Of a stretch of DNA of 64,000 nucleotides, positions 25,087-37,470 are shown in pieces; the first letter of the stretch is position 1, and every line of letters starts with the position of its first letter. The notes beneath the pieces are model-generated. The model saw nothing but the letters and a program-made list of their open reading frames with translations, was not told where the DNA came from and made no database searches. The position numbers and the translations under genes are program-made. This DNA is from Euprymna scolopes (taxonomy: Eukaryota), in NCBI GenBank assembly GCA_053919585.1, contig CM132812.1. One strand, written 5' to 3'.

Positions 25087-25338
25087 GTGGTCCAGTAATT
25101 CAAAATGCATGTAATGATATCATGGCCAAAAAATCAGTTAAAAACCTTAAGGAAGGAAGTGTAGAAGTTACAACTGCGGGAAAATTAAAAAGTAAAATAA
25201 TTATTCATGCAGTTGGCCCAAGATGGATCGATGGAAACAGCTATGAAACTGAATCTCTTGCAGAAGCTGTTTCAAATTCACTAGTAGCAGCAGAACGGAA
25301 TAAATGTACTTCGATTGCATTTCCAGCCATCAGCACAG
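25087..25338 (+). CDS. PARP14-like exon C (macrodomain 1 core)
   Basis: AACAG acceptor, GTAAT donor; GGPVIQNAC...TTAGKLKSKIIIHAVGPRW...SIAFPAIST/G continues exon B in phase. Confidence 0.95.
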
Positions 25339-25978
25339 GTAATATCACACTTCTTTATTGAAATCATGGCTCAATGGTTCTCCACCTTGTTTGTCCCGTG
25401 CACCTCTTTTACTATCTCCCCCCCCCATGTCATAGTTGTCTATCTCATCTGAAATTATTTGCATAAAATACTGAAAATTATTTCTTCCTTTTCAAATGAG
25501 TGGTTGTGTCCATATTATGCCACTTAAACCATTTTGAAATACTCCCCAAAAACTGAAATTTGGGGAATTGATTGATAACCAATACATATTGTTAAAATTT
25601 CACAAAAATCAAAAATATCTGAATTTTCCCTACAGCGAATGAACAAATCTTATGTGAGACCTCTCTGAATTTACCCTTAATTTCTGGAGCTGATTACAGA
25701 AATTTATTTTCTTCCTTGCATGAACTGGCCTAAATCGGAGTTTCTACTATAGTGGAACTCATTTCAGCCAGATTTTGGGGATAGAGAATGGAGAATAAGC
25801 CATAGATCTACAAACCAGTAAGATTCAGAAAGATGTAACATGGTTGGTTTAGTTAATACAATAATTTGCATATCAGGGCAGATTGTATAAAATGATCTGA
25901 CACTCTTGCTAGTTAAGTGAACAACTTTTATAGCAATATTTAACCATAATAATAATTGATTTTTAATTTTCTTTTCAG

Positions 25979-26152
25979 GCATTTTCAGCTTTCCTGTTGA
26001 TAAAGCAACTGCCGTGATAGTCAGAACTATAAAAGACTATTTAAAAGATTTTACACAAAGCTGTTTGAAACACATCTACCTTGTAAGCATAAAGGGAGAT
26101 GTTATATCAGCTTTTCAACAGCAGCTGCAGTCTACTTTCCCAAATAACAATG
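25979..26152 (+). CDS. PARP14-like exon D (end of macrodomain 1)
   Basis: TTTTCAG acceptor, GTAAAT donor; GIFSFPVDKATAVIVRTIKDYL...HIYLV; 174 nt, phase 1-1. Confidence 0.93.
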
Positions 26153-26455
26153 GTAAATCAAGTTTTATTTTTTATTATGTGATTGATAATAAATGTTACA
26201 TAAAAATTTTAAAAAGGAAAATCCTATATTAATGTTAAAAATTATTAATTAAAAATAATTAAATTGCAATAAAAGAATTATAGTTAATGTAGAAATAAAT
26301 TTAATAAAAATATTAATAAAATACAAACATTAGGTCTAATCAACGAATGTTATTACTAGAAAAAAAATCAATATATTAAGTAATTACTTTCGTATAAAAA
26401 TTAAATAAATATATAGACATACGTTATACAGTTATTAATACCATCTAAGTAAATA

Positions 26456-26670
26456 CAGGGTGGCCCATAAAAAACGGGCCCCAGCTCTAATTAGGCCCCG
26501 TTTCTTACTATTTTATCTGAATGAAATGAAACTTTGGTCATAACTAGTTTATTATATTCAAAACATCACATCAAAACATTAGGGTCTTTGGCCTTTTTTT
26601 CTTTTTTTTCTCCATTCTACAGCATATGTTCTAGATGGCCTCTTTTGTTTGTTTTTTTTTGGTCACCCTG
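26456..26670. mobile_element. Tc1/mariner-type MITE
   Basis: TA-CAGGG...CACCCTG-TA termini; reverse-oriented copy at 41874-42077. Confidence 0.8.
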
Positions 26671-27080
26671 TATATGTAGACTAATTATAAAAAAATAAAT
26701 TAATAAAATATTAAATATACTATTTTTTATCAATATATATCAAAATGAATACAATTTATTAATACAGGAATTTAGTGACTTTACTTGAAATTACAACATG
26801 ACGTAATAAAAGAATAAAATAAAAGGTAATTGAAACGTCTCTCCCAAATTCGGATTTATAATCATACCCATATGCATTTATTTTTCTTTTAATAAATTGA
26901 TAGGTGCTTTTTTTTCTGATGAGTTGTGCAAAATATATTCATTGATTAATATAATAATTAAATGAATGATTTTGTGCTACGAAACAGGTGCTGTCAAGAA
27001 TTATGCATGGCAAAGTACTAAAAGGAATAAATTTTAAGATGGTCAACATCTTAAAATTTGGAATATAGACCTGTGTCATT

Positions 27081-27135
<55 letters not shown>

Positions 27136-27184
27136 TAAACGATAAATTGTAAAAACCTGGAAAAGTGCTCAATGCTATTGTAGA

Positions 27185-27264
<80 letters not shown>

Positions 27265-27265
<1 letters not shown>

Positions 27266-28532
27266 GAGGGGTGTGCAATAAGTAATGCCCCTGACCCACT
27301 TCCCATAGCAGTAGAGCAACGAAACTTGGCACAGTTATTAGTCTTTCTCTACATAAGAAACACTCAGAGTTATGCATTTCTCCCATCGTTTGATGCAGCT
27401 CTGGAGACCGTTTTTGTAGAACACCCCAGGTTGGTCCTTCAACCACGACGTGACTTCAGAAATCAAGGCAGCACCATCTGGGAAATGCTTTCCTTTCAAA
27501 AACAACTTCATGGCTGGGAAGAGGTGAAAGTCAGAGGGTGCAAGGTCAGGAGAGTAGAGAGGAGGATGAGGAAGGATTTCATAACCACACGCCTGTGCTT
27601 CTGATCTGGCGACATGCGAGTTGTGGACTGGAGTGTTGTCCTGCATGAGAATGGTACCTTTGCTGATCTTGCCCCGCTTCTTGATTTTGATTGCTTCCCT
27701 TAATTTCCTCAAAAGTGAAGCATAATAGGCTCCTGTAATCATGGTACCCTTTGCCAGGAAATCTGTCATCACTACTCAATCCTAGTCCCAGAAGACTCTG
27801 AGCATGACGTTGCCAGCGGTGGGCTGCACCCTTGCCTTCTTTGGAGGTGGTGAGTCCAAGTGCTTCCACTGCATTGACTGGGCTTTGGTCTCTGGATCAT
27901 AGTGATGGACCCAGGTTTCATCCTGTGTAATCAGTCTTTTGAAAAACTTTGACTCATCTTCTTGGCACATTTCCAAATTCATCCTCGAGCACTCAATGCG
28001 TTCTCGTTTCTGGAATGGTGTGACAACCTGGGAATCCATCTGGAAGACACCTTATGCATATGCAAATGGTCATGAATGATAGTTTCCACAGACCCTGTAC
28101 TAATCTTGACATATTTGGCAAATAGTAATGCGCCAATCTTCCAAAATGGCAGGCTCAACTTGACGGACAGATGCCTCATCAATGGCAGAAGCAGGGGGAG
28201 GGGGCCAGGTCAGCCATGTTTGAATTCACGATGCCAGCATTTTACAAGGTCATATGATGGGGCATTATCACCATAAGTTTCTTTCATTTCATCAAAAGTC
28301 TCCTGTGGTGTGCGTCCTTTCAAATACAAAAACCGGATCACTGCTCGACATTCAACAGGCTCCATTTCACACCTGACTCAGTTCAAACACCTGTAAAACA
28401 GAAATCACAATTAGTTCAGAGCTGTAATTTGCCACATAACCCATAGAGATATAAATCATTGCACATGCAAAATTTCAGCTAGATCAGACAAATGAAAGTG
28501 GGTCAGGGACATTACTTATTGCACGCCCCTCG
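27265..28532 (-). mobile_element. Full-length mariner DNA transposon (DD34D), transposase disrupted
   Basis: TIRs CGAGGGGTGTGCAATAAGTAATG / CATTACTTATTGCACGCCCCTCG flanked by TA; motifs TQDETWVHHYDPE, QDNTPVH, YSPDLAPSDFHLF split over frames. Confidence 0.95.
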
Positions 28533-28629
28533 TATATATATTAGGCGGTATATTTGGTAAAAACAGGGAAAAACTGCTCAATATGTCAGTAGAGCTAATA
28601 ATTTGAGCAAAAACTGAGGTGGAAAGAAT

Positions 28630-28668
<39 letters not shown>

Positions 28669-28789
28669 CTTAATCTGTGACGTCATCGATCCAGCTCCAT
28701 CATCAGGCTGAAAGAAATATTGTGATGGTCAACTCAAAATCTGGCTCAGGACTGGGTCCTCACCATGACAGGGTCTGTCACTGGAACCA

Positions 28790-29060
28790 CGAATGGCTTT
28801 GGGTTTAACTTTTAATAGTCATATTTTGAGTTATTTTGATGCAGATTTTGTATTTATTATTATAGAGGTAGGATGCTATTAATCATTATATTGTACCAAT
28901 ACTTTGAGTTATGTTGAGGGGAAATAAATTAATTCTGTTATATAAGCTGCACACAGACTACTTTTTATTGTGTCAAAGTGTTATTTTGTCAGTGTTGTCT
29001 CATGAAGAGTATACTTAAATATCTGCAGAAATGTGAGAGGTGTACTCACTTTTGTGATAC

Positions 29061-29064
<4 letters not shown>
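28790..29064 (+). mobile_element. Terminal fragment of a long-TIR Tc1 element
   Basis: Ends AAATGTGAGAGGTGTACTCACTTTTGTGATACATTATA, a Tc1-type TIR end, next to (TA)n. Confidence 0.6.
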
Positions 29065-29153
<89 letters not shown>

Positions 29154-29440
29154 ATGCCTTTGGATTATTATGAACCATCTTCTTCCAATTACGGGATTTC
29201 ATTGAATTTTACTTGTACAAATGGAAATTCTTTTAACTTTCTTGAAGTTATACATTTGGATTTTACCGTCACTTGATTATTTATCTTCCACCAGACTATC
29301 CATTCATGTGTAATCACTTTTTTCTTCCCCATATTCCCTCTGCTTCACTTTTTTTTTTTTTCAAGTGAGATCTTTGACTTACTTGTTGTTTCATCAAATA
29401 CTTTTGCATGCAAAATCCGATCCCGCATTATGCTAATTCC

Positions 29441-29492
29441 TACCCTCTGATGAGAAGGAAAGTATTTCTTCGAAACTTCGTTGATTAAGGAC
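29441..29492 (+). ncRNA. Hammerhead-like motif in a Penelope-like remnant
   Basis: CTGATGA-GAAG...CTTC-GAAA-C-TTC-G-TT; stem I weak. Confidence 0.5.
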
Positions 29493-29600
29493 TATCCACT
29501 TATCTAGTGTTTCCTTTTCAGATTAAATATGTTTTTAACTCATTTCAAAGTGTTTTTAACATGTTTTATTAACCGTTTGCTCGTATATATATATATATAT

Positions 29601-29771
29601 ATATGAAATAAAATGGAGGTGGAAGGACCTGGATACTCAACGTTTCGCCCGATTTATGCGGGCTTCTTCAAGAGGGATGGTCATTGAATGACCATCCCTC
29701 TTGAAGAAGCCCGCATAAATCGGGCGAAACGTTGAGTATCCAGGTCCTTCCACCTCCATTTTATTTCATAT
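29601..29771. repeat. Perfect palindrome (85-bp arms, 1-nt spacer) of a Penelope-like terminal repeat with minimal hammerhead motifs
   Basis: Exact inverted repeat centred on 29686; each arm has CTC-TTGAAGA-A-GCCCG-loop-CGGGC-GAAA-CG-TT-GAG. Confidence 0.85.
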
Positions 29772-29795
29772 CGTCGGATTTAATCCAGCTCAACA

Positions 29796-29865
<70 letters not shown>

Positions 29866-29921
29866 CAGGAACAACTAACCAAACATTGTGTCACTTCCTG
29901 AAGCATTTTTTTTTCTTGTAG

Positions 29922-30043
29922 GTGCATATAATCAAGTGGAAAAATCACAATCACCATCACTACCAGTGGCATCTGAACCAGCTAAAAATGTTAGAAACAC
30001 AACCAAAATTGAAATTAAAAAAGGATTATTGAACAAAACAAAG
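29922..30043 (+). CDS. PARP14-like exon E (linker and first strand of macrodomain 2)
   Basis: TTCTTGTAG acceptor, GTATCA donor; ...TKIEIKKGLLNKTK; phase 1-0 fits the neighbouring exons. Confidence 0.88.
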
Positions 30044-30547
30044 GTATCACGTTGTTATATTACAAAAATAGAAGCAAGAAGGACAAATGAAGAAGTTTAG
30101 TTTAAACCTTTATTTTGGGTCAATGCAATTGTAGCAGATACTGTTGGTATTGTCAGGATGTGACCCTAACCCTAACCCTAACCCGACGGGGATGTCGATC
30201 AGCTGCTTGGAGTAAAAATGACTTGTGAATTATGCTGTTGATCTAGACACAGACAAAAAACAGGCTTTGACACTCTCATGTGCGTTTGGTATGTCTGTGT
30301 AATTTGTGTTGACAAACAGGGTTCATATCAGCACCACCATTGTTGTCAGTACAACAGTTTTTGCTGATTTCACGTTTTGTTTATATAAATCTGGAGGGAT
30401 ATGCGATATAACCATGTCATGAAAAGAGTTATACACCACCCACAAAAAAAAATTATATAGCCTAATAAAAAATAAAATACCCATAACAGCCAACATTAAG
30501 CATACAATAAAGCCTATATTTGCTTCAATGTATTTTTTTTTAATTTA

Positions 30548-32317
30548 TTTTTTTTTTATTACATTTTCACCCCAAACAAGGCACATTGCCACTTTGGTGT
30601 AGGGGGCTACTATCAGGTGCAGCAACTACTGGGGCACTATGTTGGGATTTGGGCAGCAAGATGTCGGTTCACATTACACTTGAACTTCTGCATGTCAGTA
30701 CAGTTAGGGAAGCAGGAACCTGGAATGGAATTCCAGAGTCTAGCAGTTCTGGTGAAGAAACTACTGGAGTAGAAAGATCTTTTACATCTAGGGATCTCTA
30801 CTGTGTGGAGGTGGGATTTAGCTGCCTGTCAGGTTTGTCGAGGGTGTCTACGTCGTGGGGGCACAAGTGTCTGCAGTTCGTCAGAGCATTCACTATTAAA
30901 ATACTTGTAGAACAAGCAGAGGGATGTAACGTTTCGTCGATGGGACAGAGACTGAAGCTTAGATGCCAGTTCAAGGCCTATCAGATTGGCGACTTTCTTT
31001 TGAACTTTGTCTAGGAGCGAGAGACTAGCAGCAGATGCACCAGCCAAGATGTGACAACAATACTCCATACATGGGCGAATGGTGGCCTTATAGAGGTACA
31101 GGATACTTTCAGGTGTCAGTAGTTTCCTAGCACGGTAGAGACAGCCTACCTTTTTCGCAGCGGCCCTGGCAATGTTTTCAATATAATTGCTCCAACTCAT
31201 GTTTCTTGTGAACGTTAGGCCAAGCAGTTTGAAAGATGTACTCTCAGACAGGGAGTCACTGGCCATTGCTATTGGTGGCAGAGAAGGTTTCTTGTAGTTA
31301 TTGAAGGAAACAAGTTTAGTCTTGGCAACATTGAATGTGACCATCCATTTATGTCCCCATTCCACTACAGATTGGAGGTCATCCTCTAGTGTTTTTGCCA
31401 TTTCTTTAGATATGTGTTCATTTGTTTTCCTGTCATGCCTGTTATAGAGTGTGGTGTCATCAGCATGTATACCCATCTCAGAGGTAGTTTTGTCGGGGAG
31501 GTCATTCATAAATATTAGGAACAATAGTGACCCAAGAATAGACCCCTGAGGCACTCCCACATTTATATCACACTGTTTAGATGTACGACCGTCGAGGACA
31601 ACCTGGATTTTTCTCTTATCTAAGAAGGATTTAATTATGTTAAGTATTCTACCAGTGATACCGTATGATTTAATTTTCTTGAGGAGATCCTCATGCCATA
31701 CCCTGTCAAAAGCCTTAGATATATCTAGAGCTACCGCTCTGCCCTCCCCCGCTTTGTTCAGTGAATGGTATATACGTTCAGAGATTACAGTGAGGAGTCA
31801 GCTTTGGAACGGGCTTGTCTAAATCCATATTGTTTGTCAGTCAGAAGTTTAGCATCTGTAAGGTGTCGGACTAGAGCATGGTTAATTATGGTCTCAAATA
31901 TTTTGGCGAAAAGTGTGAGGAGGCTAATGGGGTGATAATTTGATGGGTCAGTTCTTTCGCCAGAATTCTTGAATACTGGTACCACAGAAGCAGTTTTCCA
32001 ACAGCCCGGAAAGCAAGCTTCATTAAGGCATTTGTTCTAGAGTTTGGAGAGAACTGGAGCTACTTCGGCTGAGCACTTTTTTAATAGCACAGCTGGGATG
32101 AGATCAGGTCCACATGCTTTTGAAGTGTCAAGATTTTTTATGATAGCGTGTACCTGAGCAGGGGTGATTTTTAGATCGTCTAGCGTGGCGTCTGTCCGCA
32201 AAGGTAAGTCAGGCAGAGGGTGGTTGGAAGGGTCCAGTGTGGAGTTCGAGGCAAACGGACTGGCAAGCATATTAGCCTTGTCGGTTGCTGAGCAAACAAC
32301 CTCGTGATTGTTGGTTA
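30548..32317 (-). mobile_element. 5'-truncated LINE, family A (inverted relative to the 38396 copy)
   Basis: Minus ORFs 32037-32270, 31785-31985, 30829-31560 nearly identical to the 38822 ORF; poly-T at 30548-30557. Confidence 0.93.
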
Positions 32318-32914
32318 AGAGCTTTTTTTACTTATCCTGAAATTATTTCCAATCTCTATGGACGTGAAGTGACATTGAGATAGTAGACTTCTCTGAAATA
32401 ATCTAAAAAGTAATGTTGTTAAAATCTGACCGTACTATACAGACATTCATGCTTGCATGTAAAATAGATGTTAAACTGAATATGATAGGTTTGATTATAT
32501 TCTATAGGAACATAAGAAAGAAGAAGCTTGAATTAAATTGATTAAAATAATTAAGTTATATTGCTTTTACAGTTTTGTAAATTAGTTGATAAAAACTTTT
32601 CCTATTAAAAGATTTATTTGGAATTAACTTCATTTACTTCACTAATTCTTATTCCCAAATATCTATTTAGTCAAGGTAAATTAACAATTACTGTTTGCTG
32701 AAAAGTTCATGGTAATTATTGTGCTTTAGTATACATTAACCAACAATTTACATTACAAACAGCAAAAATGAACCAAACAAACTACATTGCAGACAGGCAC
32801 GACTAAACTAACCAATCCGTATTACAAAATTAAACTAAACATAATTGACAGACAAAATTTTAAATCAAAACTATTTGTATGGCAAAAGGGCAAATCTAAA
32901 TCAGACAAAACTTA

Positions 32915-33316
32915 ACCAGACACCCAACATTAGAAACAGATGTACTGCGCTCATTATCAATATCACAGTCCCAAATGATTTTGGCCTTAATAGAGCTGAA
33001 CGGGAAAAGATAACAAAATATCAGGACCTAAAAAATGATCTAAAAACCATATGGTCTCTGAAGGAAATAAACATTATACCGCTTGTGATAGGAGCAACTG
33101 GTTTAATAAAAAATAACCTTCAGAAATACTTAGAAGCAATCCCTGGAAGACCAAGCTGTAACGAAATAAAAATAGCAACCATAAAGGGAATAGCATCTAT
33201 TCTTAAAAGAGCCCTCGGATATGAATTTAAATCATAACAGAATCAAGTGTTAGCTCCAGGAGGGAGCCCCTTGATATCTTAAAACTTACTGAAGTTAAAT
33301 AAAAAAAAATAAAAAA
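32915..33316 (+). mobile_element. 3' end of a restriction-like-endonuclease non-LTR element (R4/Dong/NeSL-like)
   Basis: ALIINITVPND...EREKITKYQDLK...IIPLVIGATGLI, stop at 33237, A-rich tail. Confidence 0.78.
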
Positions 33317-33872
33317 TGAAACTAAACTGAACAACCTACATTGTCAACAGACAAAATTAAACCAAAGTTTACAATGGAAACAGCCAAGACTAAACCAAAA
33401 TACCTGCATTTTAAAATACACAAAACAATATTTAATGAAAACATACAAAATTAAACAAAAAAAACTACATTATAAAAAGACAAAACTAAACAAAAAATTA
33501 ATATTGCAAAAAAACAACAGTGTAACCATATAAAACTAAATCAAATCACCCATATTGGAAACACACAAACCTAAATCAAACAATTATAAAAGAGAAATCT
33601 AAACAAAACTAACTACATTGAAAATGCAAAAAACTAACAAAATAAATTATATTGAAAAAGAAAAAACTAAACAGTACATTTGAACAGACAAAGCTAAAAA
33701 CTTACATCGAAAGTATACAAAATTAAACCAACTAACTACATTGCAAGCAAATACACCTACCAAATAACCTACATTACAAAAGGCAAAATGAAACCAGACA
33801 AACTGCATGAGACTCAGGCAAAATATACCAAAAATTTATACTATGTTGGAAACACAAAACTAAACAAACTAG

Positions 33873-35347
33873 GTCACGGAAACAAGTAGCCAAGGGTGGC
33901 ATGAGCAACACTCCAAACTCAAAACCCAACCGATAAGACACAGGAAGGCGACATATGATCAAATTCGATCGTGTCTTAATTAGCATATGTCGAATTTGAG
34001 CATATAAAAGGCTTGTATTTCTTTGATTGGAGGGAAAATATTTTTTGCACACTTAGAGTCATTTTGTACGTACTTTGCGTGTCAGTTAGAAAAAGGAAGA
34101 CATATTTTTTGTGCACAAAATGGTATACGGCAGTTTAAAACTTAATTTTCAACACTTCAAGCTATTCCAGAAATGAGTGAGATTGACCAACTGGATGTTG
34201 AGCGGATAGAGATTCGATTAAAGGAGGCATTCACGGATGGTGCATTCACAGCCTACAGAAAGTTAATCATGGTGAAATAGGTTGGTGAGCAGGTGGACAT
34301 GTACATGAACAATGTGAACGGTTGGTTGGACTGGCTGGTTTTGAGGAAGTTGGACTAGAACAACTTGCCAAACTGATTTCCTGATGCCATTTCCATTGAA
34401 CTCCACAGCAGGCACCAAAAATTGAGACTCTAACCATGGGAGACCTAATAGCAAAAGCAAGGGTGATGATGTCAACCAGGGACCAAAGTCATCATGTGGT
34501 TGCAGCTGTGAGTCCATCAAATGGTAAATCTGCTGTTCCTACCAGTGATAGCCCTAGCACAGGAGTAAACTACTTCAAATGCGGCCGCAAGGGTCACATA
34601 GCAAGAAATTGCCGAAAACATGGAACCCATTGCTACCGATGCGGCAAGATTGGTCACTGGGCCCAGGGCTGTTTAGGAAATGAATAAGGGGACAAGGCAT
34701 CAGCGCCAGCCTACTCCCCCACCAAGATGTAAATGTGGACGTCCTCACTATTGGAGGCTCATCCTGAGATTGCTGGGGAAGAGGAAGAAGTCACTATTTC
34801 AAATCCCATATACCGGTACAAGGTCTGGGTGAAAGTAATCAATGTTATGCCACCAGTAGCAGGCCCCGAGCATAGTCTATACCAAATTGGAGACTGTGTG
34901 GGTGAAGGCATAGAGAGTCGTTGTACCACGAGATTTGGGCAGGGTCAGGTAACCGAGATAATCAGTCCACAGTCCGTCTTGGTGGATGAGATGCCCCAAC
35001 AAGATGTGACAACAGTCACGGAAACAAGCGGCCAAGGATGGTATGTGCGGCGCTCAAAACTCGAAATGCGACCAATTGGATACAAAAAGGCAACATATGC
35101 TAAAATTTTATCGCATCTTAATTTGCTTATGTCAAATTTGAACCTATAAAAAGCTCTTATTTCTTTGATTGGAGGGAAAATATGCTTTGCTCACTAAGTA
35201 TCATTTTGTACATACTTCACGTGTCAGTGGGAAAAAGAAAGATGAATTATTTTTTGTGCAGTTAATTCACATGTCAGAAAGAGAAAAGAATGATAAGTTT
35301 TTTGTGCACAAAAGTCGACAGTTTAAAATTTAATTTTCAACACTTTA
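33873..35347 (+). mobile_element. Internally deleted, older Gypsy-order element related to 11872-16506
   Basis: Diverged direct repeats 33873-34159 and ~35005-35347; gag knuckles (FKCGRKGHIARNC, CYRCGKIGHWAQGC) and integrase tail YQIGD...RCTTRFGQGQVTEIISPQSVLVD; AGCTATTCCAG after the 5' LTR. Confidence 0.85.
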
Positions 35348-35884
35348 CAGATAAAACTTAACTAAAGATCTTTCATGCCAAACAGACAAAACTAAACAAA
35401 ATAACAGCTAAAACCCAATAATAAACTTACATGTAAAACAGGCAAAATGAAACTAAACATTAAAAAAAAAATGTCTAAATTGCAACCAGATAAAACTAAA
35501 CTGAACAACCTAAATTGCAACAAGATAAAAGTATCCCAAACAGCCTAAATAGCGAAGACATAAAACTAAACCAAACAACCCACATTGCAAACACATAAAA
35601 CTAAACCAAAACAACCTACATTTTAAACACATGAACCTAAACAAAGCAACATACATTACAAGCACATAAAACTCAACAAAACAACCATATATTTAAAACA
35701 CATAAAACTAAACCAGAAAACCTATATTACAAACAGAAAAAATGAAACCATTTCTAGCAGCTCCTGCCCAGATGTGGCAGCAGTACTCCATCCTTGGATG
35801 TACCTAGCTCTTATATAGATAGAGAATTGCATCAGCAGTGAGAAATTAAACAAACTAAAATAATATTCTAAACATTTTATTACT

Positions 35885-36028
35885 ATGAGGAGCATTCAAT
35901 AAGTAATGCCCCTGATCCACTTCTCATAGCAGTAGAGCAACGAAACTTAGCACAGTTGTCTTTCTTTACATAGAAACCACCAAGAGTTATGCATTTCTCC
36001 AATTGTTTATCAAACTATAGACACCCCT
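35885..36028 (-). mobile_element. Terminal fragment of the same mariner family
   Basis: Similar to 27265-27428 (AATAAGTAATGCCCCTGA...GCAGTAGAGCAACGAAACTT). Confidence 0.8.
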
Positions 36029-36304
36029 TCTATTCTTGATATGCAGGCGAATTGGACACACACATATCCAAGGCAACAGATGAATAGTTAAGAAAATGAC
36101 CTCCAGTCTCTAGTAGAATAAACAACATCAGATTAATGCAAGTGTGCCCAGAGCCTTTATCATTTCTGATCTTAAATGACCTTAATGCAATTGCATAAAA
36201 AATGGATATATTTGCTGATAACATTATGCTCAATTTTGGATATGCGGGTAAATTGAACACCCACATATCCAAGACAACAGTTGAATAGAAATCTATAGAA
36301 TAAA

Positions 36305-37470
36305 GAGAAATCTACTGGATCGATAGAAGGATCCCACCATTTTTCCAGCAACCTTGGCAATGGATCTGATGTACACATTCTATTTCGGATCAGGAGTAAA
36401 AGTCAATCCCAGAAGCTTGTCAAAACATGGAGCCTCTCCAAGATGAAAGCTATGCATTTCAATTGACCCCAGATGGGGATAAGAGCATTGATGATGTAAA
36501 GAGAGAAGCTTGATTTTAAATGCATTAAAATTAACCAGCCACCTCTTTCCCCATTCTACCACGTGTTCAAGATCAGAGGAGAGAGAATCAGAGAGAACTT
36601 GATCATTTATGGCCTTTGATGTGCTGCCATAAATGGTAGTGTCATCAGCATAAATGTCTTGGAATGATCTAAGGATATGATTTGGAAGAGAGTTGGGCCC
36701 AGAATCGACCCCTGAGGGAATCCAGCATTAATACTGTGAGCTTCTGACTTCTGCCTATCAACCAATACTCTTATGAACCTATCAGAGAGAAATGATTTAA
36801 TAACTGAGAAAACATTTCCAGCTACACCATAGATGGAGATCTTGTGAAGTAGGCCTTTATGCCATACCCTATCAAAAGCCTTTGATATGTTAAGAGCAAT
36901 TGTCCTAGAAAGGAAGCCTTCATCAAGAGATTCAGTAATCCTATGAGATATAACTGTAAGCACATCTGCTGTAGGTCTAGCAGAACGGAAACCATATTGC
37001 ATGTCACTTAGAAGGTTATTTTTGCTGAGATAGTTGACTACTTCTCTATTTAACACAGATTTCAGCAACTTACTCATGATGCACAGAAGACGTATTGGTC
37101 TGTACTGAGAAGGAAATGACTAATCACCTGAATTTTTAAATACAGGGCATACTGATTAGATTTTCCAGGATGTTGGGAAGTAATTCTCCTTAAAATAATG
37201 CTTAAACAGCTTTGTAAGTGTGGGAGCTAATTCTGGTTGAAGGTTTTTGGGCACTATAATAGGAATGCTGTCAGGGCCGGTTGCTTTACTAGAATCAGGG
37301 TTTTTGATTAGCTTGGCAACATCACACACAGATATGTGTATATCACATAGCGGGTTTTCTAATACAGGACGAAATACTGGGGGTTGAAGGCTTTGGTTGC
37401 AAAAGGTAGAATTAGCTGCAAAGTTCTTGGCAAAGAGTTTCACATTAGAAGCACATGAAACTAATCCGAG
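36305..37470 (-). mobile_element. LINE family B RT fragment (continues at ~35750-35845)
   Basis: Minus ORFs 37156-37497, 36607-37077, 36380-36562 with QYGFR, SKAFDRVWH, PQGSILGP. Confidence 0.87.
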
